64,000 bases of DNA from an uncultured Gemmatimonadaceae bacterium (GCA_963829055.1 CAWHHI010000016.1:192001-256000), one strand, 5' to 3'; counted from the first letter of the stretch, positions 18,859-29,953 are shown. Notes: generated by a model from the letters alone, not told the origin. Made by a program: numbers and translations.

Positions 18859-21800
18859 ATGCTGAAAGGCGTACTGGGCAAGGTCTTCGGGACCCGCCAC
18901 GAGCGCGAGCGGCGACGCATTCAGCCGATCGTCGACGAGATCAACGAGCATTACGCGCGTCTGCAGGGAGTGTCTGAACAGGAGCTCCGCGACCAGACGG
19001 CGAAATTCCGCGCGATCATCCACGAGCGGACGCACGAGCTCGAGGCAGAGGTCGCGCGCCTGAAGACGGCGAAGAAAACCACCAGCGATCCGACCGAGCG
19101 CGAGACCGTCGACAACGAGCTGAGTGGCGCGGACGGCCGCGGCGGCGTCGAGGCGAAGTTGCGCGAGACGATCGCCGAGGTGCTGGACGAGATCCTTCCG
19201 GAAGCGTTCGCCACCGTGCGCGAAGCCGCGCGCCGTCTGGTCGGCACCAAGGTCCTGGTGACGAACCAGGAGCTCGAGTGGAACATGGTGCACTACGACG
19301 TGCAGCTCATGGGAGGCATCGAGCTCCACCTCGGCAAGATCGCGGAGATGGCGACGGGCGAAGGCAAGACGCTCGTCGCGACGCTGCCACTGTACCTGAA
19401 CGCGCTCCCGGGGCGTGGCGCGCACCTCGTCACGGTCAACTCGTACCTCGCCCGCCGCGACTCGCAGTGGATGGGGCACCTGTACGGCTACCTGGGCCTC
19501 ACCGTCGGTTGCATCGACGACACCGAGCCGGGTACCGCCGCGCGACGCGCGGCGTACGAGTGCGACATCACCTACGGCACGAACAACGAATTCGGGTTCG
19601 ACTACCTGCGCGACAACATGGTGGTCTCGCTCGACCAGCGGGTGCAGCGTAGTCACATCTTCGCCATCGTCGACGAGGTGGATTCCGTCCTCATCGACGA
19701 GGCGCGGACGCCGCTCATTATCTCGGGCCCGGTCGGCAACGATACGGACGCCGAGTACGCGATGCACAACCCTGGTGTGTCGCGGCTCGTTAGGCGTCAG
19801 ACGGACCTCGCGAACCAGCTCGTGGGTGAAGGCGAGCGCGCGCTGGAGTCGGGTGATACCGATCGCGCCGCACTCCTGTTCTACAAGGCCCAGTTGGGCG
19901 CGCCGAAGAACAAGCGGCTCATGAAGGCCATGCAGGAGCAGGGCGTGAAGCAGCTCGTGCAGAAGATGGAGCTCGAGCATCTCGCGGATAGAAAGCTGCC
20001 AGCGGCGAAGCAGCAGTATCGCGATCTCGAGGAAGATCTGCTGTTCGTGCTCGACGAGAAGGGGCACACGGTGCACCTGTCGGAGCGCGGCGTGGATGAG
20101 ATGTCGCCTAACGATCATGACGCGTTCGTCCTCCCGGACATCTCGAGCGAGATCCATCGCATCGAGCGCGACCAGGAGATGGACCCGCAGGCGAAGATCG
20201 AGGCGCGTCAGGCGATCGAGCGCGAGTACGCGATGAAGAGCGAGCGGCTGCACATCGTGCATCAGCTGCTCCGCGCGCACGCGCTGTACGAAAAGGACGT
20301 GAACTACGTGATCCAGGAAGGCCAGGTCCTGATCGTGGACGAGTTCACGGGACGCACCATGCCGGGGCGTCGCTGGTCGGAAGGCCTGCACCAGGCGGTC
20401 GAGGCGAAGGAAGGCGTTCAGGTGAAGGGCGAGACGCAGACACTCGCGACGATCACCATCCAGAACTACTTCCGCATGTACGAGAAGCTCTCGGGCATGA
20501 CGGGAACGGCGGAGACGGAGGAGTCCGAGTTCCATCAGATCTACGGACTCGAGGTCTCCGTCGTGCCGACGAACAAGCCAATGGTTCGCGACGACCGGCA
20601 CGATCTCGTCTACAAGACGCGTCGCGAGAAGTACAACGCGATCCTCGAGGAGACCGAGCGTCTCCACAAGCTCGGCTACCCGGTGCTCGTTGGTACGGTC
20701 AGCGTCGACGTTTCGGAGACGCTGTCGCGCATGTTCAAGCGCCAGGGCATTCCGCATAACGTCCTGAACGCGAAGTACCACCAGCGCGAGGCCGAGATCG
20801 TTGCGGGTGCGGGTCAGCCCGGAGCCGTGACGATCGCGACGAACATGGCCGGCCGCGGAACCGACATCAAACTCGGACCTGGCGTCACCGAGCCGAAGCC
20901 GTCGCAGGTCAAGGATCCGGACAACAATCTCGTCGACGTGGTGGAGGACGGCGGACTCCACATCATCGGATCCGAGCGGCACGAGTCGCGACGCATCGAT
21001 CGACAGCTTCGAGGACGATCGGGCCGTCAGGGCGATCCTGGCGCGTCCCAGTTCTTCCTGTCGCTCGAAGATGATCTGATGCGGCTCTTCGGGTCGGACC
21101 GCATTGCGCGATTGATGGATCGGATGGGCGCGCAGGAGGGCGAGATGCTGACGCATCCGCTCATCACGCGCTCGATCGAGCAGGCACAGAAGCGGGTCGA
21201 GCTCCAGAACTTCCAGTCGCGAAAGCGGCTGCTGGACTTCGACGACGTGATGAACCAGCAGCGCGAAGTGATCTACTCGCTGCGGTCCTTCGCGCTCGAA
21301 GGCGGCGAGGAGCTCAAGGGCGAAGCGCTGAAGATGGTCGACAAGGCGCTGGTGAAACGCGTCGACGACCGGCTCGGCACCGTGGAGTCGGAAGAGCAGT
21401 GGGATCTCTCGCTGCTCAAGCAGGAAATGCTCATGCACTACCTGCTGACCGTGCCAGAGTTCGAAGGCGGCGATCCGCCAACGACCGTCGAAGCGGCTCG
21501 CGCCGCGGGCATCGAGTCCGGCCGGCGCGCATTCGCGGCGAAGCTCGAGGAGCTCGATCGGGTCAAGGACGATGACGGCAACGGCTTCTCGGGCCGCCTG
21601 CTGTCACTCGTTATGCTGAACGTGCTCGACGAGAAGTGGAAGGATCACCTCTACGATCTCGACCAGCTGCGCGGCGCGATTCACTATCGGTCGTGGGGTC
21701 AGAAGGATCCGCTCATCGAGTACAAGCAGGAAGCGTATTCGATGTTCGTGGATCTCATGAACGACATCTTCAACACGTTCACCGAGCGTTTCTTCCGCGC

Positions 21801-22242
21801 GCAGCTGGTGTTCCAGCAGCCTAACGATGGCAGTGCCCAGGCTGGGATCGGCGACGGGAGCGGTGGCGCGGTGCGCGGCCCCGAAGCCCCGCGCAAGCCG
21901 ACGAAGCGCTACAACGCGCTCGGTATCCTCGAAGACATTCCCGAGGAGGAGCCGGCGTCTTCCAACGGCAATGGTGCGGGCAACGGCGACGGCACCGGTC
22001 CAAAGTCGCCGGCGGCGGGAGAGGAGGAAGTGATGGACGTGGGTCCCGACGAGCCGCCGAAGAAAAAGGTCGTCGCGCGACAAGACCCGGTGGTCGTCGG
22101 CGCGGGGCGCGCGCGGTCGCTCAATCCTGCCGCGAATGTTCCAGCCGCGGGTACCGGTGACTGGTCCAACGTGGGTCGCAACGACCCGTGTCCGTGCGGA
22201 TCCGGCAAGAAATTCAAGAAGTGCCACGGGGCGACGCTGTAG
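18859..22242 (+). CDS. secA: Protein translocase subunit SecA
   Basis: MATGEGKT, DEVDSVLIDEARTPLIISG, ATNMAGRGTDI, RQLRGRSGRQGDPG, SEC-C motif GRNDPCPCGSGKKFKKCHG. Confidence 0.99.
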   Translation: MLKGVLGKVFGTRHERERRRIQPIVDEINEHYARLQGVSEQELRDQTAKFRAIIHERTHELEAEVARLKTAKKTTSDPTERETVDNELSGADGRGGVEAKLRETIAEVLDEILPEAFATVREAARRLVGTKVLVTNQELEWNMVHYDVQLMGGIELHLGKIAEMATGEGKTLVATLPLYLNALPGRGAHLVTVNSYLARRDSQWMGHLYGYLGLTVGCIDDTEPGTAARRAAYECDITYGTNNEFGFDYLRDNMVVSLDQRVQRSHIFAIVDEVDSVLIDEARTPLIISGPVGNDTDAEYAMHNPGVSRLVRRQTDLANQLVGEGERALESGDTDRAALLFYKAQLGAPKNKRLMKAMQEQGVKQLVQKMELEHLADRKLPAAKQQYRDLEEDLLFVLDEKGHTVHLSERGVDEMSPNDHDAFVLPDISSEIHRIERDQEMDPQAKIEARQAIEREYAMKSERLHIVHQLLRAHALYEKDVNYVIQEGQVLIVDEFTGRTMPGRRWSEGLHQAVEAKEGVQVKGETQTLATITIQNYFRMYEKLSGMTGTAETEESEFHQIYGLEVSVVPTNKPMVRDDRHDLVYKTRREKYNAILEETERLHKLGYPVLVGTVSVDVSETLSRMFKRQGIPHNVLNAKYHQREAEIVAGAGQPGAVTIATNMAGRGTDIKLGPGVTEPKPSQVKDPDNNLVDVVEDGGLHIIGSERHESRRIDRQLRGRSGRQGDPGASQFFLSLEDDLMRLFGSDRIARLMDRMGAQEGEMLTHPLITRSIEQAQKRVELQNFQSRKRLLDFDDVMNQQREVIYSLRSFALEGGEELKGEALKMVDKALVKRVDDRLGTVESEEQWDLSLLKQEMLMHYLLTVPEFEGGDPPTTVEAARAAGIESGRRAFAAKLEELDRVKDDDGNGFSGRLLSLVMLNVLDEKWKDHLYDLDQLRGAIHYRSWGQKDPLIEYKQEAYSMFVDLMNDIFNTFTERFFRAQLVFQQPNDGSAQAGIGDGSGGAVRGPEAPRKPTKRYNALGILEDIPEEEPASSNGNGAGNGDGTGPKSPAAGEEEVMDVGPDEPPKKKVVARQDPVVVGAGRARSLNPAANVPAAGTGDWSNVGRNDPCPCGSGKKFKKCHGATL

Positions 22243-22280
22243 CAGCCACCAGCCATCGGCCGCCAGGCATCAGCCCAATC

Positions 22281-22335
22281 GAGAACCCTCGGGTACTTCT
22301 CTCGCTAGAGAACGTCCCGGGGGTTTTCGCTTTTT
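22281..22335 (+). terminator. Rho-independent terminator after secA
   Basis: GAGAACCCTCGGG..TTCTCT-CGCT-AGAGAA..CCCGGGGGTTTTC followed by TTTTT. Confidence 0.7.
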
Positions 22336-22360
22336 CGACTGATGGCTGCGGCCCGGCTAC

Positions 22361-22380
22361 TGTTTATGCCGTGTTTATGC
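22361..22380. promoter_or_regulatory. Direct repeat TGTTTATGC-CG-TGTTTATGC, candidate response-regulator site
   Basis: Exact 9-mer repeated with 11-bp period, about 70 nt upstream of the Spy-like gene. Confidence 0.4.
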
Positions 22381-22451
22381 TCGCCGACTTGGTTTCTGAT
22401 CGTTCTCGGGGCGTGCTCGAGACGTCACACTGAACTTCGGAGAGGTAATTC

Positions 22452-22817
22452 ATGAAGCTCACACGGATCGTCGCGCTCGCCGGCATGGTAGCGCTCGCCG
22501 CACCGGCTGCTGCATTTGCGCAGGGTGGTGGCGGTGGTCAGGGCGGGCGCGGCCGGCAGATGGAGATGCTGATGCAGGGCATCACGCTCACCGACGCGCA
22601 GAAGGCCTCGGTCGACTCGATCGGGCAGGTCTACCGCGCCCAGATGCCGCCCATGCAGCAGGGCACGCCGCCGGACTCGGCCACGCGGGCCAAGATGATG
22701 GCCGTGCGCCAGCAGCAGTACGCGGCCGTCCGCGCCGTCCTCACCCCCGAGCAGCAGAAGACCTTCGACAAGAACCTCGAGGAGATGCGCGCCAACGCCG
22801 CCAAGCCCAAGCCGTAG
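22452..22817 (+). CDS. Small secreted Spy/CpxP-like (LTxxQ) protein
   Basis: Signal peptide ending AFA, Gly-rich segment, LTDAQK and VLTPEQQK motifs; SD GGAGAGG. Confidence 0.7.
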   Translation: MKLTRIVALAGMVALAAPAAAFAQGGGGGQGGRGRQMEMLMQGITLTDAQKASVDSIGQVYRAQMPPMQQGTPPDSATRAKMMAVRQQQYAAVRAVLTPEQQKTFDKNLEEMRANAAKPKP

Positions 22818-22863
22818 GCCCCTAACCTGCCGCGAAACGCCAGGACGGGTTCCCGTCCGGCTC

Positions 22864-22905
22864 CGGCCCTCCCACGGTTCATCGATACCGTGGGGGGGCC
22901 GTTTT
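22864..22905 (+). terminator. Rho-independent terminator
   Basis: CGGCCCTCCCACGGT...ACCGTGGGGGGGCCG followed by TTTT. Confidence 0.75.
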
Positions 22906-22944
22906 GCCTTCGCGAGTGGGACGGGACTGCCACGCAGTAAAGCG

Positions 22945-23743
22945 ATGCCGATCGCGCCGGCGATGGCAGTAGGTATGACGGACCTTCAACCGCAGGGTCC
23001 GATCGTGTCTACAGACCTACCACCGAACGTGATGTCCGGTGCTCGACAGAGTGCATTCAAAGGACTTAGTATTCGAGAGCTGCCGCGTGGGGAGCGACCG
23101 AGGGAACGTCTGAAGGCGCACGGAGCGCACGCCCTGAGCTCCGCCGAGCTGCTCGCGATCGTGCTCGGGACCGGTGCCGCAGGGCGGTCGTGCGCTGGCG
23201 CTGGCGCACGAGGTGCTCGCCTGGGCCGGCGGCTCGCTGCGACGAATAGCCGGTCAACCGGTGGCGGCGCTCACGAAGCTGGGCGGCATAGGATCGGCCC
23301 GCGCAATCGCGGTGCATGCGGCGCTGGAACTCGGTCGCCGGGCGGCGGGCGAGGAACGGGAGGACGGCGCACCCATGCGGTCGCCGAGGGACGTTTTCGC
23401 GGTCTTCGCGCCGCGCCTGGAGGATCTGCCGGTGGAGGAATTTCACGTCGCGGTGCTCGATTCGCAGCACCGGCTGGAACGCGACGTGACGATAACGCGT
23501 GGGATCCTGAATTCTTCGTTGGTGCACCCGCGGGAGGTATTCCGTGAAGCGATCGCCGAGCGCGCGGCGGCGGTGATCCTGGTGCACAATCATCCAAGCG
23601 GTGACCCGACGCCGTCGGCCGACGACCGAGTCGTGACGGAGCAGCTCGCGGCGGCGGGACGGTTGCTGGACATTCCGGTTCACGACCACGTCATCATCGG
23701 ACGGGGGCGGTACACGAGCTTCGCGGAGGCAGGGTTGTTGTGA
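22945..23743 (+). CDS. radC: RadC / JAB-domain protein, +1 frameshift near 23191 (start uncertain)
   Basis: IRELPRGERPRERL..LSSAELLAIVLGTG in one frame; VHPREVF, HNHPSGDPTPSADD, HDHVIIG in the next. Confidence 0.9.
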
Positions 23744-23798
23744 AGGACGGCGTGACGAGTAGCCCATCGTGCCTAACGATCGTGACCGTGGGGCGTCC

Positions 23799-25985
23799 AT
23801 GACGTCGACGGCGCCCACCCCGATCACCATTCCGGGCTGGACCAGCCCCGCCACACCCCTGCGCGAGGGGCTCGACCAGGAGCTGCTCCTCCGCGCGTAC
23901 AAGTACAGCGAACGCGCGCATGCCGGCCAGACGCGGTCGTCCGGCGAGCCCTACGTGTCGCACTGCGTCGAGGTCGCGCACATCCTGGCCGACCTGCACC
24001 TCGACTCCGTCACGGTCGCGAGCGGCCTCATTCACGACGTCGTCGAGGACACCGCGATCACGGTCGCCGACGTCGAGCAGGAGTTCGGGAAGGAGATCGC
24101 GCAGATCGTCGACGGGCTGACGAAGATCGGAAACCTGCCGCTCAACTCGACGCAGGAACGACAGGTCGAGAACTACCGGAAGCTGCTGCTGTCCATCGCG
24201 AAGGATGTGCGGGTCATCCTGATCAAGCTCGCCGACCGACTGCACAACATGCGCACGCTCGACTGGCTGCCGCCGGAGAAGCGCCGCCGCATCGCGCAGG
24301 AAACGCGCGACCTGTACGCGCCGCTCGCGCACCGCTTCGGTATGGCGAAGATGCGGTGGGAGCTCGAGGACCTGGCGTTCAAGCATCTCGAGCCGGATGA
24401 CTACCGCTCGCTCGCGAAGCTCGTGGCGCAGAAGCGCGGCGAGCGCGAGGACCTCATCGCGCGCATGCGCGATCCGCTCGAGCGTTCGCTCAAGAGCGCG
24501 GGCATCAAGGACGTGGACGTCACGGGACGGCCGAAGCATCTCTGGTCGATCTTCAAGAAGATGCAGAAGCGCGACAAGCCGTACGACGAGATCTACGACC
24601 TGCTCGCCATCCGGGTGCTCGTGAACAGCGTTCCCGACTGCTATCACACGTTAGGCGTGATTCACGACGGGTGGACGCCGCTGCAGGAGCGCATCAAGGA
24701 TTACATCGCGCAGCCGAAGTCGAACGGCTACCAGTCGCTGCACACGACGGTGTTCGGGCCGTCGCGGCAGCTGTTCGAGATTCAGATCCGTACGCGGGAG
24801 ATGCATCGCACCGCGGAGTTCGGCATCGCGGCGCACTGGCTGTACAAGGGCGGCAACGAGAAGTCCGATGAGCTGGATCGCCACCTGGCGTGGTTCCGTC
24901 AGGTGCTCGAGGTGCAACTGGACGCCAAGACGCCTGACGAGTTCCTGGAATTCCTCAAGCTCGATCTCTTCCAGGACGAGATCTTCGTCTTCACGCCCAC
25001 GGGCGATGTCATTCAGCTTCCGAAGGGCGCGACGCCGATCGACTTCGCGTTCGCGGTGCATACGGAAATCGGGTTGCACTGTGCTGGGGCGAAGGTGAAC
25101 GGCCGCATTGCGCCGCTCTCGCGCCAACTCAAGAACTCGGAGACGGTCGAGATCATCCGGTCCGCGAACGCACGACCGAGCCGGGACTGGCTCGCTCACG
25201 TGCGCACCGGTCGCGCACGGCACAAGATCCGGCAGTGGCTCCGGCACGAAGAGCACGCCACGTCCGCCAAGCTCGGACGCGAGATTCTCGAGCGCGAGCT
25301 CAAGCGTCGTCGACTGGCGAAGCCGGAGGATGCAGAGCTCGAGGCGGCTGCGAAGGCCTTCAACCTGAACGACGCCAATCACCTCATCGCGTCGATCGGC
25401 CAGGGCGATCTCAACATCGGGCAGGTGTTGAATGCCATGCGACCGGACCTGGAGACGTCGGCCGAGCATCAGTCGAAGCCGACGGCCATCGAGCGTCTGG
25501 TCGAACGGATGCGTGGGACACCGAAGGGCGTTCGCATTCAGGGCGCGGATGGGTTGATGGTCCGCTACGCGCAGTGCTGTCAACCGGTTCCCGGCGATAC
25601 TGTCGTCGGCTACGTGACGCGCGGGCGCGGCGTGAGCATCCATCGTGGCGACTGTCCGAATCTCCTGATGCTCGCGCACGAGCCGGAACGACGTCTCGAG
25701 ATCGACTGGCAGCAGCAGGAGGGCGAGCGCTTCATCGTTAGGCTCGTGCTCGAGGGCTCGGATCGGCGCGGCCTGTACGCGGACATCGCCGGCGCCGTGT
25801 CCGGTGCAGGGACCGACATCCGCAGCATGGAGCTCAAGACCGTCGACGGTCGTGTGAGCGGCTCCGCCCTCGTCGAGGTCGAGAACCTCGCGCACCTGCA
25901 GAAGATCATCAAAGCCGCTCGGCGTGTGAAAGGCATTACGGAAGTCGCTCGTCGTGAGCGCATCTCCACTGACGACGACGCGTAA
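23799..25985 (+). CDS. Bifunctional (p)ppGpp synthetase/hydrolase (long RSH)
   Basis: HD motif IHDVVED, KLADRLHNMRTL, PKSNGYQSLHT, EIQIRT, TGS and ACT domains. Confidence 0.96.
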   Translation: MTSTAPTPITIPGWTSPATPLREGLDQELLLRAYKYSERAHAGQTRSSGEPYVSHCVEVAHILADLHLDSVTVASGLIHDVVEDTAITVADVEQEFGKEIAQIVDGLTKIGNLPLNSTQERQVENYRKLLLSIAKDVRVILIKLADRLHNMRTLDWLPPEKRRRIAQETRDLYAPLAHRFGMAKMRWELEDLAFKHLEPDDYRSLAKLVAQKRGEREDLIARMRDPLERSLKSAGIKDVDVTGRPKHLWSIFKKMQKRDKPYDEIYDLLAIRVLVNSVPDCYHTLGVIHDGWTPLQERIKDYIAQPKSNGYQSLHTTVFGPSRQLFEIQIRTREMHRTAEFGIAAHWLYKGGNEKSDELDRHLAWFRQVLEVQLDAKTPDEFLEFLKLDLFQDEIFVFTPTGDVIQLPKGATPIDFAFAVHTEIGLHCAGAKVNGRIAPLSRQLKNSETVEIIRSANARPSRDWLAHVRTGRARHKIRQWLRHEEHATSAKLGREILERELKRRRLAKPEDAELEAAAKAFNLNDANHLIASIGQGDLNIGQVLNAMRPDLETSAEHQSKPTAIERLVERMRGTPKGVRIQGADGLMVRYAQCCQPVPGDTVVGYVTRGRGVSIHRGDCPNLLMLAHEPERRLEIDWQQQEGERFIVRLVLEGSDRRGLYADIAGAVSGAGTDIRSMELKTVDGRVSGSALVEVENLAHLQKIIKAARRVKGITEVARRERISTDDDA

Positions 25986-26155
25986 TCCCGGGTCGAGATC
26001 GTGGGCCTCGGGGAGCCATTTTCGTCCCGTCGGCACGCATGAGGCGCTTGGCACGCGGATGTGGCGCTCTGACCGCTTGGCTGCGGAAGCCGTAGCGCCG
26101 TCCGGCGCTTGAAGCGGACCGAACAAACTCCGACGCGGGGCATTATATTGCGCCC

Positions 26156-28216
26156 ATGCCTCGCGCCGAATTCGTCCTCCAAGCCCCTTTCGAGCCCGCG
26201 GGCGATCAGCCAAAGGCCATCGCCGAGCTGACAGCGGGGCTCGAGCGCGGCGACCGATTCCAGACGCTGCTCGGAGTCACCGGCTCCGGCAAGACGATGA
26301 CGATGGCGAACGTCATCAAGCAGTACGGACGGCCGACGCTCGTGCTGTCGCACAACAAGACGCTCGCGGCGCAGCTGTACGGCGAGTTGAAGGGCTTCTT
26401 CCCGAACAACGCCGTCGAGTACTTCATCTCGTACTACGACTACTATCAGCCCGAGGCGTACGTCCCCTCGAGCGATACGTACATCGAGAAGGATGCGTCG
26501 ATCAACGAGGACATCGATCGACTCCGGCTGCGGGCGACATCGAGTCTCATGGAGCGCGATGACGTCGTCATCGTCTCCACCGTCTCCGCCATCTACGGCT
26601 TGGGCGACCCGATCGAATACCGCGAGCGCATGGTCAGTCTGCAGAAGGGGCAGACGATTCCGCGCAACGAGATCCTGCGCGCCCTCGTCGGTATTCAATA
26701 CAACCGAAACGACGTCGCGTTCGAGCGCGGCACGTTCCGCGTTAGGGGTGACACCGTCGAGATTCTCCCCGCCTACGAAGAGCAGGGGGTTCGCGTCGAG
26801 CTGTGGGGCGACGAGATCGAGCGGATCTCGAAGATCAATCCGATCACGGGCGAGACGATCGCGGTGCTCGAGCGCGCGGCGATCTACCCAGCGAAGCACT
26901 TCATCACGTCTCGCCCGACGCTCGAACGAGCGGTCGGCGCAATTCGCCAGGAGCTCGGCGAACGGCTCGAAGTGCTGCGCCGCGATGGGAAGCTGCTCGA
27001 GGCGCAACGGCTGGAGTCTCGCACGAACTTCGACATCGAGATGATGATGGAGATCGGCACGTGCGCGGGCATCGAGAACTACTCGCGGCACCTGTCGGGT
27101 CGTGTGGCGGGAGAACGGCCGGCGTGTCTGTTCGACTATTTCCCCGAGGACTTCCTCGTCGTCGTCGACGAGTCGCACGTGACGCTGCCGCAGATCCGCG
27201 GTATGTACAACGGTGACCGTGCGCGAAAGCTCACGCTCGTGGACTATGGGTTCCGCCTGCCGAGCGCGCTGGATAACCGCCCGCTCGTGTTCGACGAGTT
27301 TCTCGCGCTGACGCCGCGTGCCGTGATGGTGAGCGCGACGCCGGCGGAGCTGGAGCTCCAGCTGTCCGAGGGCGTCGTCGTCGAGCAGATCATCCGTCCG
27401 ACGGGGCTGCTGGATCCGGAGATCGAGATCCGCCCGGTGCGCGGACAGGTCGACGACCTTCTGAACGAGATCCGCATCCGCGAGCGGCGCGGCGAGCGCG
27501 TGCTGGTTACGACCCTCACCAAGCGCATGTCGGAGGATCTGACCGACTACCTGCAGCAGATGGGTGTCCGCGTTAGGTACATGCACTCCGACATCGACGC
27601 CATCGAGCGCATGGAGATCGTGCGCGGTTTGCGACTGGGCGAGTTCGACGTCCTGGTTGGCATCAACCTGCTCCGCGAAGGCCTCGACATGCCCGAGGTG
27701 TCGCTGGTGGCGATCCTCGATGCCGATCAGGAGGGCTTCCTGCGCAGTGATCGCTCGCTGATCCAGACCGTCGGCCGCGCGGCGCGACACGTCTCGGGGC
27801 GGGCGATCTTCTACGCCGATCGTATGACGGGCTCGATGGAGCGCTGCATCCAGGAGACGAACCGCCGTCGCGAGACGCAGCGGCTGCATAACGAGGCAAC
27901 CGGTGTCGTCCCGCGTGGCGTGGAGAAGAGCATCGAGCAGGTGCGGTTCATCACGCGCGTCGCGGACGCGAGAGAAGGCCGAGAGGAACGCGAGCGCAAC
28001 GCGAAGAAGGTGGCCGAGTCGGCCGCGTCGTACGGTGAAGAGGATCGGGCGACGACGATCGAGCGCCTCGAGCGCGAGATGCGGGAGGCCGCGGCGAACC
28101 TCGACTTCGAGACAGCCGCTCGGCTCCGTGACCAGCTGTTCGAGCTCAAGGCCAAGGCGGCCGGCAACGTTGCGCGCTCGCGCGGCGCGTTTGCGGACAT
28201 CCGGGCGCACAGCTGA
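26156..28216 (+). CDS. uvrB: Excinuclease ABC subunit B
   Basis: [34 protein letters not shown]-terminal UVR domain. Confidence 0.99.
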   Translation: MPRAEFVLQAPFEPAGDQPKAIAELTAGLERGDRFQTLLGVTGSGKTMTMANVIKQYGRPTLVLSHNKTLAAQLYGELKGFFPNNAVEYFISYYDYYQPEAYVPSSDTYIEKDASINEDIDRLRLRATSSLMERDDVVIVSTVSAIYGLGDPIEYRERMVSLQKGQTIPRNEILRALVGIQYNRNDVAFERGTFRVRGDTVEILPAYEEQGVRVELWGDEIERISKINPITGETIAVLERAAIYPAKHFITSRPTLERAVGAIRQELGERLEVLRRDGKLLEAQRLESRTNFDIEMMMEIGTCAGIENYSRHLSGRVAGERPACLFDYFPEDFLVVVDESHVTLPQIRGMYNGDRARKLTLVDYGFRLPSALDNRPLVFDEFLALTPRAVMVSATPAELELQLSEGVVVEQIIRPTGLLDPEIEIRPVRGQVDDLLNEIRIRERRGERVLVTTLTKRMSEDLTDYLQQMGVRVRYMHSDIDAIERMEIVRGLRLGEFDVLVGINLLREGLDMPEVSLVAILDADQEGFLRSDRSLIQTVGRAARHVSGRAIFYADRMTGSMERCIQETNRRRETQRLHNEATGVVPRGVEKSIEQVRFITRVADAREGREERERNAKKVAESAASYGEEDRATTIERLEREMREAAANLDFETAARLRDQLFELKAKAAGNVARSRGAFADIRAHS

Positions 28217-28224
28217 CGACCCGG

Positions 28225-28680
28225 ATGCAACCGTTCCACCACCTCGTGCCGGCGCTCGCGCCGCGCGGCCGCGTCACGATGACGCGTGCCGAGCTCGTGG
28301 CGTGGGGTGAGTCGTTCGGACGCGCCGCAACGCCACCGCTCGTCATCGCCCTCGCGGGGGATCTCGGAGCAGGGAAGACGACGCTCACGCAGGCCATCTG
28401 TGCCGGCTATGGCGTGACCGAGCCGGTGACGAGTCCGACGTTCGCCATCGTGCATCGCTACGAGGCGCCGAGGTCGCCGGTCTATCACCTCGATCTGTAC
28501 CGGCTCGACAAGCCGTCGGAGCTCGTGAACATCGGGTGGGACGAGATCGCCGCTTCCCATGCGCTCGTGATCGTGGAATGGCCCGAGCGTGCGGGTGAGC
28601 TGATTCCGCCGCAGCACGTGCCCATCGACCTCGAGTACGCGCCGTCGGATCCGGAGCGTCGCGTTCTCCTGGCAGGGTGA
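28225..28680 (+). CDS. tsaE: tRNA t6A biosynthesis ATPase TsaE
   Basis: GDLGAGKTT, VTSPTF, HLDLYRL, IVEWP. Confidence 0.95.
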   Translation: MQPFHHLVPALAPRGRVTMTRAELVAWGESFGRAATPPLVIALAGDLGAGKTTLTQAICAGYGVTEPVTSPTFAIVHRYEAPRSPVYHLDLYRLDKPSELVNIGWDEIAASHALVIVEWPERAGELIPPQHVPIDLEYAPSDPERRVLLAG

Positions 28681-28681
28681 C

Positions 28682-29341
28682 GTGATCGCGCTCGCCCTCG
28701 AGGCATCGACCTACACGGGCAGCGTCGCCGTCATTCGCGACGGCGTCGTCATCGCCGAAGAGACGACCGCTATGCGGGGCGAGCGCGAAGAGCGACTCAT
28801 GCCGGCTGTCGCGGCGTCACTCGAGCGGGCCGGTGTCGCGCCTAACGCGATCGAGCGGGTCGTCTGTGGTGCTGGGCCGGGAAGCTTCACGAGTCTGCGC
28901 ATTGCCGGGTCGATCGCCAAGGGACTCGCCCTCGCGTCGCGGGCGACGCTTCATCCCGTGTCGTCGCTGCTGCTGATCGTTGCCGGCGCGCGCGTGTCAC
29001 TCGTACCAGGACACTACGTGGCGGTGCTCGACGCGATGCGTGGCGACGTGTTCGCCGCGGCATTTTCGGTGACCGATTCGTCCATCGTACCCATCTCGGA
29101 GACGACTATCGTAGCGCGGGCAGAGCTCGCGGCGTTCGCGCGCGAGCACGCAGGACGATTGATCGGACCGGCCGAGGAGTTGGCGGTGGCGCCGCATGCA
29201 CGCGGAGCGGCGGTCCTCGGGGAATTGGTGCCGTGGCCGGAAGCCGCATCGGTGGCGGCGTGGGAGCCGACATACGGGCGACTGGCGGAAGCCCAGGTGA
29301 AGTGGGAAGCTGCGCACGGACGTGCGTTGACCCCGGGATGA
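28682..29341 (+). CDS. tsaB: tRNA t6A biosynthesis protein TsaB
   Basis: LALEAST, GPGSFTSLRI, LDAMRG; between tsaE and rimI. Confidence 0.9.
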   Translation: MIALALEASTYTGSVAVIRDGVVIAEETTAMRGEREERLMPAVAASLERAGVAPNAIERVVCGAGPGSFTSLRIAGSIAKGLALASRATLHPVSSLLLIVAGARVSLVPGHYVAVLDAMRGDVFAAAFSVTDSSIVPISETTIVARAELAAFAREHAGRLIGPAEELAVAPHARGAAVLGELVPWPEAASVAAWEPTYGRLAEAQVKWEAAHGRALTPG

Positions 29342-29827
29342 CCGACGCCGCGTCGGGAAGCGGCGCGAGCGGTTCCGCCGCGCCACCTCACCATCCGCAG
29401 TGCTCGCCGCGACGACGTCGACGACGTGGCGGCGATCGAACGGCGCGCGTTCAGCGATCCGTGGTCCGCGAACTCGTTCCGGGCGCTATTCGGGAATCCA
29501 CTCGTGCACTTCGCTGTCGCGGAGGACGCGCTCACGGGACAGGTCGTCGGGTACGTCGTGATGTGGTTCGTGGTGGACGAATCGGAGATCGCGAACCTCG
29601 CGGTCTCCGACACGCTCCGGCGCGCCGGTGTTGGGGCGCGGTTGCTCGATCACGCGCTCGAGGCCGCGCAGACGCGGCAGTGCGCGGTGGTGTTTCTGGA
29701 GGTCCGGGAGTCGAATGGGCCGGCGCGCGCCCTGTACGCCTCGCGCGGGTTCGAGATTGCGGGGCGGCGGTCCAAGTATTACCGAAAACCGGTTGAAGAC
29801 GCACTCGTTCTTCGGCGGGCTTTGTGA
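29338..29827 (+). CDS. rimI: Ribosomal protein alanine N-acetyltransferase RimI, apparent frameshift near 29380
   Basis: LTIRSARRDDVDDVAAIE, IANLAV, FLEVRESN, RSKYY..EDAL; ATG 29338 is out of frame with the body. Confidence 0.88.
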
Positions 29828-29953
29828 CATATCTTGCAGCGCCCGATCGCGTTCGCAACGAAACTGCTTGATGCGCGCCGCTTTGTTTGCGGCCGTGTCG
29901 GCTCCAACCCCTACTTTCCGCGGCGAGCACTACTTCACTCGCCAGGAGGAATC

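Noticed and set aside
18826..21438. Very long minus-strand ORFs (870 aa here; also 8696-10477, 25610-28210, 42506-44791)
   Set aside because: Antisense shadows of secA, wzc, rel/uvrB and hutH/hutU caused by high-GC codon bias; no recognisable motifs.
22945..23743. radC as a marker of a mobile element
   Set aside because: Full-length chromosomal type among housekeeping genes, with no integrase or att sites nearby.
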